Shown in pieces: positions 40,963 through 56,050 of a DNA stretch of 64,000 nt (positions are counted from its first letter, which is position 1; each line of letters begins with the position of its first letter). The translations under genes were made by a program, and so were the position numbers. The stretch is from Eledone cirrhosa (taxonomy: Eukaryota), in assembly GCA_964016885.1 (NCBI GenBank), contig CAXHJY010001225.1:1-64000 (forward strand). The letters are read 5' to 3'. The notes beneath the pieces are model-generated. The model made no database searches and was not told the origin of the DNA. It saw only the letters and a list, made by a program, of their open reading frames with translations.

Positions 40963-43045
40963 CTCTTCTTCTTCTTCGTCGTCATCGTTCACTTATGTCA
41001 GAGATGGTTGGGGGGGGGGGGGGGGAGTCTTCAAACACTCATTCCAGAGGCTCTTTTCAGAAGCAACCGTCTCCAACTTATCCGGCTGTATGCCCAAGCG
41101 AGAACAGCTAAGCTCATGAATGTTATCCAAGCATCGTGCTCGTGGTCTACCCGGTTGGTTTTGCCCGTAAATTTTGTCCAATTCTTTCCTGAGACATTCT
41201 AACCACATGACCATAGTAACGGAGCTGTAAACTCTCAATTCGGAAAAGTAGTGGCTCTACCTGGAGGGAATCTCTGATCTCTGAGCTACACACTCTATCA
41301 AGAAACGTTACTCCAATCACCCTTTGGAGTAACCCCATTTCGGCCGCTCGTATTCACGATCGTATTCTTTCAGTCATTACCCAAGATTCATGACCATGGT
41401 TAAGAGTTGACATGAATATCTAATTAAAGCCAGTGAGTTTGGTTTTAACGACTATTGTTCTTCTGATAACTGATTGCTGAAGCGGGCATATTCCTGCAAA
41501 GCTCCTGCAATTCTTGCACTTAATTTAGCCTCTCGCCTTCAATCACTCGTGAATACGGCCCCGAGATACTTGAACTTCTCCACTTGCTTCAGTGGAACTC
41601 CATTCTTATAAAGAGTGCACTATGCGGGTTTCCTTGCGAGGACGTGTGTGTCAGTTTTTGCAGCACTGATTTTCATTCCAGCCATGCAGCACGCGGCATC
41701 GAACCTATCATGTGCCAATCTGAGATAACCTTCTGTCGTGTTAATTAACACCATGTCGTCGCAAATTCCAGCCAACTGACTTTCCACCCACCATTCATGA
41801 TATCACTTCTAACCCGATTGCATATGCCAATCCTGTTCATGTAAATAACAAACAGGAGAGGAGAGGTGACAGTTCGCACCCTTGGCGGAGTCCGACTCTC
41901 ACAGGGAATGGTGCCCATTTAGCACCATTTATGCAAATACAAATACTATGGCATTAGTATAGGGACATCAGGACAGCAAGATGCTGATCATCGATCCCAT
42001 GCTCCTGCACAACCTTCCACAACAGGTCTCGAGGAACACAGTCATTTGCCTTTTCAAGGTTGACAAAACAAGAATATACCTCTTGGCATTACTCCCAAGA
42101 TTACTCGTGTATTTGCAGCAGTGTGAATATTTGGTTGGCTGTGCTGTGTCTGGTGCAAAACCACACTGGTCATCAGCTAGCCTGGACTCAGCAATCTTCT
42201 TGCATCTCTTTGCCAGACACTAAGCAAATACTTTACCGGGGAGGCTTAACAAAGAGATCCTTCTATAATTGGAACAATCTGTCTTGTCCCCCTGTTTCAA
42301 AATTGGGATTATCACTCCCGATTGCCATTACTTAGGTGACTTTCCAGAGATCCAGACCACCCGGGACACGCGAGTCAGCCAGAGAATACCTTCTCTATTT
42401 AAGGCTTTTAACATCTTGGGCCAGATTTAATCTTCCTCCTGCACTTGTGACCTCAGCCTCGGAGATATTAGTCCCCGCTCCCAGATGCACTTCGTGGACA
42501 TCCGAAAATGCTCTTGTGAGCGGGATAGGAGATCAGCTAAGTATTCTCTCCACCTCACGCGTATGTACCGCTCCGAATATAGAATGTGGAAGGGGGCTTC
42601 TCATTACGAAGTCGGCGGATGGTCTACCAGAACACTTTATTTGCTGATCTAGAGTCGGATTCCAGCTTAACAGCAAAGTCATACCACGTCTTAATTTCGG
42701 ACGCCTCCTTGTGGCGCAAGTGCAAGAAAGAGGACTTATTTCCAAGCCAAGCTTTGTAAGCACCTTTCTTTATTCGGATGGCATCTTTGGCCCCTTGGTT
42801 GAACTAAAGGGTCCTCCTGCCATCCTGTGTCATATCAAGCCTCTTTCGCTCGCAGCATTTAACAGCTGAAGCAGAAACTGCTGAACAATGTCCACTTTGT
42901 CTCAACATCTATCGTTTACTCAGAGAGTTCTCTGAATTTGGATGCAGTAGTATCTGCATACCTGGTCCTGAATTCCTTACCAACCAATGGTTCCCAATTT
43001 AACCTGTAGGTCGCCCTGGACCTGCCAGTTTTGTGAACTTCGTTG
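40963..43045 (-). mobile_element. RTE-clade LINE remnant
   Basis: Minus strand encodes PFPVRVGLRQGC, VEKFKYLG and DRVCSSEIRDSLQVEPLL fragments. GAA/GAC trinucleotide tail near 40965. Confidence 0.8.
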
Positions 43046-43115
43046 GTTTATTTGGCGTTATTATATATATATGTGTGTGTGTCTGTGTGTGTGTGTATAT
43101 ATGTGTATATATATG

Positions 43116-43168
<53 letters not shown>

Positions 43169-43295
43169 AAAGTTATATTTAAATTGTTGGGTTACAACTA
43201 GTAAATATTTATAACTGATATAAAAGCACTCGACAAGTATTTGGAGTATATTTACGATATTAAATAAATGGAAACTATATTTATAAAACCATATT

Positions 43296-43361
43296 TATTT
43301 CATTATATATATTTCAGGGATATCATATTAACAATATGCTATGCCTTCCTCAGACAAAATA
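43296..43361 (-). ncRNA. Hammerhead ribozyme in the PLE3 inverted pLTR
   Basis: Mirror of 46865-46930, with stem II closing agg/cct. Confidence 0.8.
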
Positions 43362-43802
43362 CAATATAAACAGTTTTATAGATAAATAGATTCGACATAC
43401 CGTAACAACATCGACTTGTATTTGAAAGAGTTGAATTGGCAGTGAAAAAATTGTACACAGAGAGAAAGAAAGAGAGAAAAAAGGAAAGAAAGACAGAAAA
43501 CGAAGAAAAAGAAGAAAAAGAAGAAATACATGGAACAAAATAGAGAGATGGAAAGATAGATAAAGAGAAGAACTTCATGTAAAGAAGCAGAGAGAGATAT
43601 ATATATAGAGAGAGAGAGGAAATAGAGATAGATACATATATATAGAAAACTAGGTAGTGGGACGTCCGTTGAGTAAACGTATCAATGATATATTTATTTA
43701 TTTATTTATTTATTTATTTAGCTCTAGTATTAATGTAAGGGAGATATATGGAGAGAAACCAGCTGTTATATAGAGAGAAAAATTTAAAAAGCATCTTGTA
43801 TA

Positions 43803-45532
43803 ATGCACGAGTTGGAAATTGAGAACAGAACACAACCTTTCGTGCCCAGGAAACCGAAGATCAATATGAAAGATCACAAGAGGAATTTTGAAAATGACTT
43901 GCCAGTTAGATTGATCGCACCATCAAAATCGGACCTGGGCAAATTAAGCAAAAACATTCTTGACAGGGTGATACAGCAAATTAAGAACTTGGATTGTTTA
44001 TCTAACCTGAGCTTGTGGAAGGTAACTGGAGAGGTTGTTGAGTGGTTTAAGCAAATTAGATATAACAATAATAATAAGTTTATTCAACTTGATATAGCTA
44101 ACTATTATTCTTCTATTACCCCTAATCTACTAAATAAGGCACTAAATTACGCATTCAAACATACTGACCTAACTAGCAATGAAATGCATATTATATTATC
44201 GGCTAGGAAAACTTTGATAGAATTTAATGACCAACTATGGACCAGAGCAGATAGAGATAGCAATTTTGACATTACTATGGGATCATCCGACTCAGCTCAG
44301 GTAACTGACCTTGTGGGCTTATTTTTAATCAATTCGCTACATAGGAAAATACCTGGTACTACCGGAGGTTTATATAGAGATGACATGCTTTTACTTATTG
44401 ATAATAATAACTCTGAACTAAATAGAAAATGTAAACAAATTACACAATTTTTTAATTACTTTAATCTTAAAATAGAAATTGAGAACAACCATAGAATAGT
44501 CAATTTCCTAGATATAACATTAAATCTCAACACATGTCTTCACTATCCTTTTCACAAGTTGAATGAAAACTTAAACTATGTCAACTTTAACTCTAACCAC
44601 CCCAGATCTGTCAAAAACACTATAGTAAACTCTGTTCAAAAACGTATCTCTAGGATCTCGTCGAATAGAAAGATTTTCGACGAAAAAGCCCAATACTACA
44701 ATGAAACATTAGCTAGAGCAGGATATGCTGATAAGATTGTGTACATAGATAATGATAGACAAACTAAACAAAATAACAACTATTTTAATTACGGCAACAA
44801 CCTTAACAACTATAATAGAAAGCATTACAATAATTCCAAAGGCCAAAAAAGAAATAGAACTAGGAACATAATTTGGTTTGCCCCCCTTTCTCACTAAACA
44901 TTAAAACCCACATCGCTAAACTATTTTTTAAAGCTCTTGATAATCGCTTCCCTAGAACACATAGGTATCACTCAATTTTCAATAGACATACAATAAAATT
45001 AACCTACTCATCCACCAAAAATTTAGCACAAAATATTAATAGAATAAATAATAGGAACTTAAAACCTAGTGATAATAGCATAAATAATATACAAGTTAAC
45101 AAATGTAACTGTAGAGATAGATCTAAATGTCCGTTAAATAACAACTGCTTAGTTAAAAATATAGTATACAATTGTAATGTTAATACTGACTCTAATTCTT
45201 TTAACTACGTCGGTTCCACATCGACGGAATTTAAACTTCGCTATAATAACCACAAGAATTCTTTCACAGATCCAAGCAAAAAATCTTCAACGGCACTATC
45301 AGGCGTACTCTGGCAACTTAAGCTAGATAACGTTAGATATTCGACGGCTTGGAATATAGTCTCAAGAGGGATTCCTTTTAATTCATCCTCTGAGACATGT
45401 GACCTCTGCGCAGAGGAGATATTCTTTATACTAAAATCTAAAAATTCCCTTAATCTACGGACAAATTTATTCAGTTGCTGCAAACATAGATTAAACTCAA
45501 CGTTTAAATATAAATTTAAATTTAAAATGTAG
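43803..45532 (+). pseudogene. Penelope RT + GIY-YIG with one frameshift near 44885
   Basis: KDHK, PSKSDLG, FIQLDI, FDITMG and GLYRDD, then CNCR..CPL..CL, IVYNC..YVGST..FKLRYNNH after the frameshift at a C-run (IWFAPP/FS). Confidence 0.88.
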
Positions 45533-46864
45533 TATATTTAGTTTGATTTATAATTATATGGGAAACTAGCCGATAAATCTTTGATTTCTTCTTTTTATTC
45601 TTTTTATTTTTATTTTTATTTTTATTTAAATATTCTTCATGAAAAATTAAGCTACCCTAAAAGTTGATGCTCCAAATATTTCGAATAAACGTTACACTAG
45701 ATAAACTTCTATATTAAATATAAGAACACATGTAGACCAAATGGGCATCCTAAACTTTTTGAAATGATCTTTGCTAGATGCGATTTGATAGATAATTTTT
45801 GGCTTTATCTGTTTTTCGACTCTGATGCTTATAATGAACTTGGCAATATATTGTCAATTAATTTTGAAGGGTTGATCTTTGTGGTTTATTTTTATTTTTA
45901 TTATTGTAGTATTTTCTAATATTTTTATTTTAATATTTTTAATATGTAATATTTTTAATATGTAATATTCTTTCGTAATATTTTTTAGTTTTCTATTTTA
46001 TTATTACTTATTATTATTATTGTTATTTTTTAGTTTTGTTTCTGATATATATTTTTATTAGTATATTGAAATCTGCTCTCTATTTCTGCTTGATAGATAA
46101 TCTTGTAGAGTAAAGACAGGAATAGTACTAATATTGACTCTATATATATTTGTGTGTATATATATACACATATATGTATACTTAAATATTTATACCACAA
46201 TGAGAATGTTTTCCGTGAACTTAGGGTTTGCAGAGTTGATCATGTAAATTCACATAGATGTTTGTAGTTATCACATAAACATATGAATTTTTTAAAAAAA
46301 CTAAACATAAGATCATTAATTTTCACACATATTGGATACATGTCTCATTCAGGAATACTGATATTTACAATATAGTGGCTGGTTTTTATACATACTAATA
46401 CCTCTACATTAAAACATAGGGTTTTTACGCCTCGCCTATGTCTGGTTATTTTTAAATTTTTCTCTATATATAACAGCTGGTTTCTCTCCATATATCTCCC
46501 TTACATTAATACTAGAGCTAAATAAATAAATAAATAAATAAATGTATCATTGATACGTTTACTCAACGGACATCCCACTACCTAGTTTTCTATATATATG
46601 TATCTATCTCTATTTCCTCTCTCTCTCTATATATATATCTCTCTCTGTTTCTTTACATGGAGTTCTTCTCTTTATCTATCTTTCCATCTCTCTATTTTGT
46701 TCCATGCATTTCTTCTTTTTCTTCGTTTACTGTCTTTCTTTCCTTTTTTCTCTCTTTCTTTCTCTCTGTGTACAATTTTTTCACTGCCAATTCAACTCTT
46801 TCAAATACAAGTCGATGTTGTTACGGTATGTCGAATCTATTTATCTATAAAACTGTTTATATTG

Positions 46865-46930
46865 TATTTTGTCTGAGGAAGGCATAGCATATTGTTAATA
46901 TGATATCCGTGAAATATATATAATGAAATA
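46865..46930 (+). ncRNA. Type I hammerhead ribozyme in the PLE3 3' pLTR
   Basis: tattttgt CTGAGGA aggcatagcatattgttaatatgatatccgt GAAA tatata TA atgaaata. Palindromic stem III. Confidence 0.8.
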
Positions 46931-46967
46931 AATATGGTTTTATAAATATAGTTTCCATTTATTTAAT

Positions 46968-47029
<62 letters not shown>

Positions 47030-47135
47030 CGTGTACATATATATATATAAATATATATACTAGATATATATACATATATGTCTGTATATATATATATATA
47101 TATAAATATATATACTATATATATATACATATATG

Positions 47136-47296
<161 letters not shown>

Positions 47297-47306
47297 TAAA
47301 TATATA

Positions 47307-47348
<42 letters not shown>

Positions 47349-47371
47349 GTATATATATTTGTGTATGTATG

Positions 47372-47405
<34 letters not shown>

Positions 47406-47513
47406 TGTGCGTGTACATATATATATATAAATATATATACTATATATATATACATATATGTCTGTATATATATATATATAAATATATATATACTATATAT
47501 ATATACATATATG

Positions 47514-47571
<58 letters not shown>

Positions 47572-47618
47572 TATATACTATATATATATATATATATGTG
47601 TATATATATTTGTGTATG

Positions 47619-47654
<36 letters not shown>

Positions 47655-47656
47655 TA

Positions 47657-48132
47657 TATTGTTATACTTTGGGAGGGTCATGTTGCCAATAAGAAACACA
47701 CGCACCAGTTGCTTTCACTTCAATTTATTATATATTTATAAATTTATAAATTTATAAATCTATAAATTTCTGGTTGGTTGGTTGGTTCCACAACCAGATA
47801 GTTGTTTATATATAGTCATAGTTCTTTCGTCACACACTCTGTGACCTCTTCAGTGACTGGGGATTCCTTTCTTTGTTTCTGTGCCTCTCCTTTGTTCTGT
47901 CCTACACAGAGTGTGTGACGAAAGAACTATGACTATATATAAACAACTATCTGGTTGTGGAACCAACCAACCAACCAGAAACTTATAGATTTATAAATTT
48001 ATAAATTTATAAATATATAATAAATTGAAGTGAAAGCAACTGGTGCGTGTGTTTCTTATTGGCAACATGACCCTCCCAAATATAACAATACCGGTTTCAA
48101 CACACGATTTCAGATAAAGAATCTTGCTAAAC
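47657..48132. mobile_element. Fold-back cassette family F
   Basis: Arms 47657-47843 / 47905-48090, with (TA)n flanks. A short related piece lies at ~54786-54876. Confidence 0.8.
47814..47858 (-). ncRNA. Minimal type I hammerhead ribozyme, family F
   Basis: agtca CTGAAGA g-gtcaca-gagtg-tgtgac GAAA gaac TA tgact. Confidence 0.78.
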
Positions 48133-48145
48133 AAATTCAGAAACG

Positions 48146-48184
<39 letters not shown>

Positions 48185-49344
48185 CATACATACATACATA
48201 CACAGATACATGCATATCTGAGTTTATGTTTATCTTTGTGCGAATGTTTGTATGTGCATGATAGGGAGAGTAGAGTGGAATGAAATGAGTGACAGCAGGT
48301 GGGATTGAATGCTTCTCTCTGTAAGAAGGTGAGATACATATGAACGTAACTACAGATAAAATTCCATTGCAACTGCTGCTGCTGTTATTATTGTTGCCGT
48401 TGCTGTTGTTGTTGTTTTTGTTTACCTGGTTGTTATCGTTGTTGTCGTCCGTGTTTTTGTTGTTCTTATTTTAAAGGAAGTTGTTAATCATTAACTCAGC
48501 CAGTTGTTTGGAATAGTTTATCACTTGGAATGCCATTGGCTGGCTACCTACCTCCGTACATTGCAATACGGATGTTGAATGCGGCAAATAAAACATCATT
48601 AGTTAAAAGATTGTGGGACAACGCACGAATTAGACAGTCTAGACAAACAACAAACACACTAACTAGCACAACAAACAAATCACAACAGACTAGTAAATGA
48701 GCGAGTCCTCGTGTGGTCTTGTACAATTCTAGAAAAAGTCATCACATTTCTAAATTTTTCTTATGGTCAGACATATTGGATATTTAAGCCAGAGATACAG
48801 GGTCTTCGACATTAAATAATGGAATTTACACGTCCAGAACGACTTTTTTTATAGTCTGCATAATCAGTGATGACCGGGGGCTAAATATACAAGAAAAGCA
48901 GGCGCAAGGATAAATCCGTAACAATACAAAACTTCACTTTCTCAATCTGCATCAACCCCGACAACTTTCCGAATATCTTCGTTTCCCTTCACAATCCCAG
49001 CAGCATGTTTAGCCACGACTCCCACTCTTTCATCAATTTTACTTCATCTCATATCAAACACTGCATTCATTAATTAGTCCCTTTGATTTGCCTCCACTAC
49101 GTCTACAACCATGATCATAATCTGACATAATTATTTGAGCAATCCCTCACAACATGTGCGTATTACTAGTCCCTAGCTAGCACCAAACATCTTGGGTAAA
49201 AGGGAACACGTATAGTTGATTAATATAGCCCCATTACTTGGTGTGTGCATTACGTTTTCGACACTTAGAAGGATGGGAATTAATTTAACCCAGACACGAT
49301 GGACTTTAACAAAGAACCCATTGAATATATGTATATATATATAT

Positions 49345-49440
<96 letters not shown>

Positions 49441-51047
49441 GATAATATGTATAATAATATATATATATAAATATGTAAATAAATAAATGCCTTTTTGCTT
49501 TGATTTCATGCTTCAGAAAAGGTTTGACATTACAAAAGGAAACACAGATAAGCTATAGCCATCTGTTATGAAAATCCTTTTTATTTTCATTTTTTAGGTT
49601 GTGCGGTTTAGAAGTAGACGTCACTATCATGTTGTTCCTTGTTAATTTCATTGCATTGCATGTTGGACATGCGTCTTATACCATAGCTGTGTCAAAACGA
49701 AGCCTTATGAACGAAACTGTGTAGTCAGAATCTGCGGGAAAATGAGTCGGTTGGCTTGTGTATGTTTTTGTTTGGTCTATAAATAGTCTAAACTTCGAAA
49801 TTAAAGGTACACCACGCCAAACTCCAATCCAAATTCTTGACAGGACATCAGTCCTTCAAAATGTTAAACTCATACCTGTTCATTTTTTAAAATTTTAGTT
49901 GAGTGGGTGGAGAAATGTGAAAGGGCCTTGCGCGTGGACAAATCACGCCGCCTGTTTTAGGAATGGAAACCCTGACTTTACATGAGGCTACCACTATATT
50001 CATTACGTCACGTGCTATACATGGCAGAGTTACTTAATCGAGCATCCAGTTATCCGCACTACCTCGCTTATCGTTTCCTTCAACTGAATATACATAAATC
50101 TTTCTTCAACCATTTACGCAGGTCATGCAAATGCATCACAGGCGCTGTCATTTCTTGCACCATAAAAACAACATAACATTTCAAATTGCTGCAGTGATTG
50201 CCATGGATATGTAGGAGGTTAGATAGTATATAAAATATAATAGGAATCGTTTTATTATTTCCAGAGCATTTGCAACTTGTTGGCCACTCATTCTATCATT
50301 ACCCATATTGTTTCAGTCTATCTAGACGTGTACTAACCACCACCTAAGACCACCGGCTTTTGGAATTTCCTTAGCGCATATATTTTCCCTGACAGACCCC
50401 AATTTATGACTATTTAAAAGGATATCTAACTGTGTCGGTATTACCGGTCAGGAAGGTCTGGGGGGTGTATTTGATTCAGCCTGAAAATTGTATTTGCATG
50501 AAACCTTCAGATAAACCCAATTTTTAAAAACGTACGATGGCTTGACAGAAAAGGTAGAGTGATGAATGAAATATGTTGACGTATATAAGGTGTGAAGCAA
50601 TGAAATGAACCGGAAAACACGCGAGAGTAACGTCTGCTTCGAAAACATTCGAACTATAAAAAGTATGTTCATAACAACAAATATCTATAGCTATGTGTAT
50701 GTCTCTCTGTGTGAAGTCGTAACTCTCTTGGACCATGAAATCAAAGCAAAAATATATTTCTTTCTTTATGTATATATGTTATAAATATTAATATATTTAT
50801 TATATGTATCTATTCAATGGGTCCGATGATAAAACTGAGCATATCTGGGTCAACTTTAACTTTCATCGGTCTGTTGACGGTAAAATAAAATGCACATCAA
50901 GTAACAGGGCCGGATTAATCAACTATACACATTTACTAATACCCAATTTGGTAGAAATCAGTAATACTTCCCTGTGTATAATTTTGAGGGCTGAATTGAA
51001 TTTACTCAACTATACCCACCTCGAAACGTGCTTCAACACTATCATTA

Positions 51048-51332
51048 TGGCAGTATCAGTAGAGCGTCGGACGCCATGCTTTCCAGCATAGTTACGGCCC
51101 TTTACGATCTGAGTTCAAATCCGGCCGAGGTTAACTTTGCCTTTCATCCTTACGGGGTCGATAAAATAAAGTACCAGTAATGCACTGGGTAATTGCTGGC
51201 CTTGTGCCAAAAGTAGAAACAATTATTATGGCAGTATCGGTAGAGGGTCGAGCGCCATGCTTTGTAGCTAGAGTTACAGCCTTTTATGATCTGAGTTCAT
51301 ATCCCGACGTGGAAAACTTTGCCTTTCATCCT
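51048..51332 (+). mobile_element. tRNA-derived SINE, tandem dimer
   Basis: Two successive copies starting tggcagtatc(a/g)gtagag. Confidence 0.8.
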
Positions 51333-51452
51333 TGTCTATTTGGCTGAGCTGCACACGTGGGTCAACCGAAACCGCGACTAAAACACCACGCCTTGTGTTG
51401 CGCATGATTAAGTATCAATCGATACGATTATTCGAAATCGAGTTAAACCGTC

Positions 51453-51483
<31 letters not shown>

Positions 51484-51772
51484 ACATATATGTAATGTAG
51501 CGATGTGAACATTCTCAAATTGAGATTACTCATGCAACAAGCTCGTAAAATCTCCAGCTACAGGACTAGAACTGTTTCATTCGTATGAACGTATGGAATA
51601 ATCAAGAATGTTTGATGATGTCATAGGAATGAAATATTTCTAGACTTCTAGAAGTCCTTTCTATATCAACTAATTGTGTTTCCACTCTACTAATGTAATG
51701 AGTACCATTTTTAACTGTGTTTACTCCAGAATTTACCCAGAATTTACACACACACACACACACATACACACA

Positions 51773-51843
<71 letters not shown>

Positions 51844-51871
51844 TTATATATATTTATATATATATATACAC

Positions 51872-51964
<93 letters not shown>

Positions 51965-52396
51965 CAGGTGTGTTCGTGTGGGTATGTGAGAGACTATGTG
52001 TGTATACGTATATATAACCCATATATATGTAAATACACACAGAGATGAGTATGTAGATACATAGGCTGTAGGCAAGACACACAAATCGAAAGATAAACAG
52101 AAGTTTGTACATTGTTGATTCTGTTTTATTTCATATTAAAGCTGGTTATTTGAAACTTTAATGGACATTTCTGTAGCAGCCTTATAGATGGGATGTAACC
52201 CAATCTTTCTTTGTCTCGGGACATGACACTGGAAATGCAGGCTGCTGTATTAAACTATGGCCACTGAACTCTCAGTTTGAACTGACTTCCAATATACCAG
52301 CTGGAAGTGGCGGGAAAAACAACAATAGGTTAGTAAGCTATGTCAGTAAAGCAGAGCGGTAGATAGACAGACAGACAGAAAAACAAGCTGACAAAC

Positions 52397-52440
<44 letters not shown>

Positions 52441-52441
<1 letters not shown>

Positions 52442-53708
52442 TGTTTCTTTTATTTGCCACCAGGGCATCAAAAGTGGGACAAGTACAAAGGGGGGAGTTT
52501 ACACAAAAAGGCGTCCTCAATAAGGAGGAGGCAATAACAAAATATAAAAATAAAATAAAATATAACAAAAAATAAAATTTATAACAAAATCCTCAATAGA
52601 GAGGAGGCGCCTTGGGGGTCGCACACACCCCCGAAAAAAGTGTGCAACCCTTTTCCTCAGGAGCACAGAGAGGGGGTGCTCCCTCGTTCCTTCCTCTTTT
52701 CCACCTACAGGCTTATGTAAAGTGAAGGCCCATTCACACGGGCCATTCTCGCCACTTTCACCCACCTTTCATAAAAACGACTGGGGTGGAGCACCTCTCT
52801 CTCCATCCTGATCCTTCTTCCGAAATGATATCGGAAGAAACGGACCAGTTGTTGGCCAGAGAGAAAGGTGCCTGACCTCAGTCCTTTCAGACGCGTCCAC
52901 CATACAACCTCTTTCGCCATGGCTATTACGCACAGAAACACCGCCTCTGCTTCATCTTTGAATGGGGGAGGCGGCTTGATCATTACAATAGACTCGGTGG
53001 TCAACCGGATCGGTCCCACCCTTGACAGCAGTTGTTCGACATAGCCCCACAGATCGGCTACGCCCGAGCAGTGTACCAATGCGTGTGCAACGGTTTCCTC
53101 GTCGCACACGCATCTAGGACAGATCTTTTTGGCGGGGTCCCTACCCGGGCGCCCGTGTCTGTAGAGCCTTTCTCGAATGGGTAAAGACCCTCGGTAGCAC
53201 TGCCAGGCCAGGGACTTCTGGAAGTTGTCCATAGGTCCCGGGCTGAATGTCCTACCGAACAGGCTGGCCAGTTCGTCCTCCTCCATGTCTAGGGCTTCTC
53301 CGAGGGCGTCGTCGCACCTGCTGCGTACCAGCCCTCTATAGAATGTTGCGGTGGAGTCTCCACTGATAACCCGATCCGCCTGCCAGAGGGCGGTGAGCGC
53401 CTGGGCACACTCAGTGTGCCAGGCGCCCAGTTTTCTCGGTCTTTGCTTGACCCAGGATTGCAGCTCGGTGAGTGAGACGAGTCTGGGAAAGGTTCGTCTC
53501 ACAAACGAGGCCCACACCGGTTGACCGGTGAGGAATACGTAGAGGTGCCGTAGCCTTAATGCGTGTTTACGCATCATTAGCCACGGCATCCCCAGCCCTC
53601 CTTTCGAAGGGTGTTGACAGCAGATGGATCTCCTCACCATAGGAGCCCGCCTCTTCCAAAGGAATTGGAAGAGTGCGCGCTCCATCTTGGTGAGGGTTTC
53701 CCTTGGGC
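52441..53708 (-). mobile_element. Tx1-type L1 3' fragment (related subfamily)
   Basis: ORF 52705-53708 is homologous to 36180-37095 (FLWK..VRRSICCQHP..GGLGMP, CPRC..ETVAHALVHC). (GATA/GACA)n on both sides. Confidence 0.88.
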
Positions 53709-53883
53709 ATAGACAGACAGATACGTAGATAGATACATACATACATGCACATACAAACATACATACATACTTACATACATACATGCATACATACATCAAG
53801 AAATTCGTAGATACAAACATATATTCATGCAAGCATATATATATATATATGTTTGTTTCATTCATTAATTATATTATATATAA

Positions 53884-53947
<64 letters not shown>

Positions 53948-53950
<3 letters not shown>

Positions 53951-54140
53951 AAAGGAATTGTGGCAAGAAACCAGATGGACCATAACGCACCAGAATACTC
54001 AATACTTAGGGTATTAGAGTAGGAAATAGGAAAAAGTATGAACCCGACAGCAGAGCTCAAGCCGTTTCGACGGATATTTCAGTCCAGAAATAGCCGTCGA
54101 AACGGCTTGAGCTCTGCCGTCGGGGTCATACTTTTTCCTA
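53948..54140. mobile_element. Fold-back cassette family B, short copy 3
   Basis: Homologous to 3932-4070. Palindrome centred near 54083. (TA)n flanks. Confidence 0.78.
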
Positions 54141-54506
54141 TATATATATATATATGAAAAATTTGGGGAGAAGAATACTGCATGGTTGCACATGGATTAC
54201 ATGTTATAAAATGAGTCCCTCATCAGTGATTTGCCAACGATCATTGGTATTTCATCGCATTATATATATATATATATATATATTACATTTATTATTATTA
54301 CTATATATATATATTACATTTATTATAATTACTATATATATATATTACATTTATTATAATTACTATATATACATAGAGAGAGAACGAATGTGGTGCTGAG
54401 ACAGAGGGGACCACCAATCATTGGTGTAGTCAATGAGTGGGGAACTGCAGGGCGGGTATGATATATGTAAAATTCCCAACCACGGCGCCAAGCGATCGGA
54501 AATTTA

Positions 54507-54595
<89 letters not shown>

Positions 54596-54597
<2 letters not shown>

Positions 54598-54771
54598 GGA
54601 AAATGTTTAACCCCGACGGCAGAGCTCACGCCGTTTCGACGGCTATGAGAAATAGCCGTCGAAACGGCTTGAGCTCTGCCGTCGGGGTTAAACATTTTCC
54701 TATTACCCACTCTACTACCTACTCTGTATGCGTTATGGTCCATCTGGTTCCTTACCACACTTCCTTCATTA
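54596..54771. mobile_element. Fold-back cassette family B, short copy 4 (opposite orientation)
   Basis: gtttcgacggctat-gagaa-atagccgtcgaaac centre. (TA)n flanks. Confidence 0.78.
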
Positions 54772-54894
54772 TATATATATATATAGTTATACTTGGGGAG
54801 GGTCATATTTGTGTAATATTGCCAGAATTAATATTTGTTTCGACACACGATTTCATATAAAAAATCTCGCTAAACTATACACATATATATATAC

Positions 54895-54937
<43 letters not shown>

Positions 54938-54986
54938 AATATATATATACATATATATACATATATATATATATACATATATATAC

Positions 54987-55039
<53 letters not shown>

Positions 55040-55050
55040 TATATATATAT

Positions 55051-55250
55051 ATAATATAAGATCAAAAGATGGTTAAAAGAGTTCCAAGTATTTTATTATG
55101 CGCATTTCAAAAACAAATATCATCCTGGGATGATATCTGCGTTTTCATCAGATAAAATAGGGAAACATGACATGAAGCTTAAAAAACACTTGTGAATAGT
55201 AAAGTTTTAAATCAACATTGCTTTATTGTGCGACAATAAAACTCACCTCC

Positions 55251-55253
<3 letters not shown>
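55051..55253 (-). mobile_element. Family A cassette, diverged non-palindromic copy 3
   Basis: Homologous to 1877-2043 joined to the reverse complement of 1790-1828. (TA)n flanks. Confidence 0.78.
55089..55159 (-). ncRNA. Type I hammerhead ribozyme, family A diverged copy
   Basis: tattttat CTGATGA aaacgcagatatcatc-ccag-gatgatatttgttttt GAAA tgcgca TA ataaaata. Confidence 0.85.
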
Positions 55254-55332
<79 letters not shown>

Positions 55333-55454
55333 AGATGGAACTGCGGCTCCAGAGGGGGGGGGGGGACATGGTTCCCTCAAAAACTATATTTTTCTCCCCA
55401 AACTAACATTACGCAAATTTATTCATTTATTTGCTATGCGCTACATTTTATGTC

Positions 55455-56050
55455 GAGACAGATGGGGGATAGATATAGATATAGAGCGGGGGAGAATTTA
55501 GTGATAAGGAATAGAGTGGGAGGATTGATAGAGATAGGTATTGATAGATATAGAAACGGGCAGATGTTGGTAGTCATGGGATAAAGTGAGATGGAATGAT
55601 GAAGAGTTTCGTATGGCAGATATATAGAGGGGGATGTTTGGTGGTAATTGATATAGAGAAGGGTGTGGAAAGTGTGTTGTATATTAGATATGGAGAGGGG
55701 GAGAGATTGATGTTTATTGATATAGAGAGGGGGATATTTTGGTTTTAATTGATATAGAGAGTGTGAATGGAAGAGAGTTCCATATAGTAGATGTAGAGAG
55801 GGGTGTAGTTTAGTGTTAATTCATATAGAGAGGTGTATTAAAAGTGCATTGGAAGAGGTGTATTAGAAAAGGAGGAAAGGGAGAGTATCGTGTAGTAGAT
55901 ATAGATAGAGTAGGAGTGTGCGTTAGTCTGAGAGATAGAGAGTGGGATAAGAGAGGCGGTTCATTGTATATATAGAGAGGGGTAAAGTTTGGTTTTAGTG
56001 GATACAGAGAGGGGGATTAAAAGAGAGTTTTGTGTGATAGACATCGAGAT
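55455..56050. repeat. Degenerate purine-rich tandem repeat (gatatagagaggg-like unit)
   Basis: The unit recurs at roughly 30-35 bp spacing. Confidence 0.6.

Larger units (their letters stand above)
43200..46969 (+). mobile_element. Penelope-like element PLE3, 5'-truncated, with an inverted pLTR
   Basis: ORFs 43803-44897 and 44873-45532 joined by a frameshift. ~43257-43790 is the reverse complement of ~46449-46969. (TA)n flanks. Confidence 0.92.

Noticed and set aside
48480-49130. Possible decayed DNA transposon or coding remnant
   Set aside because: No recognisable motif or paired TIRs by eye.
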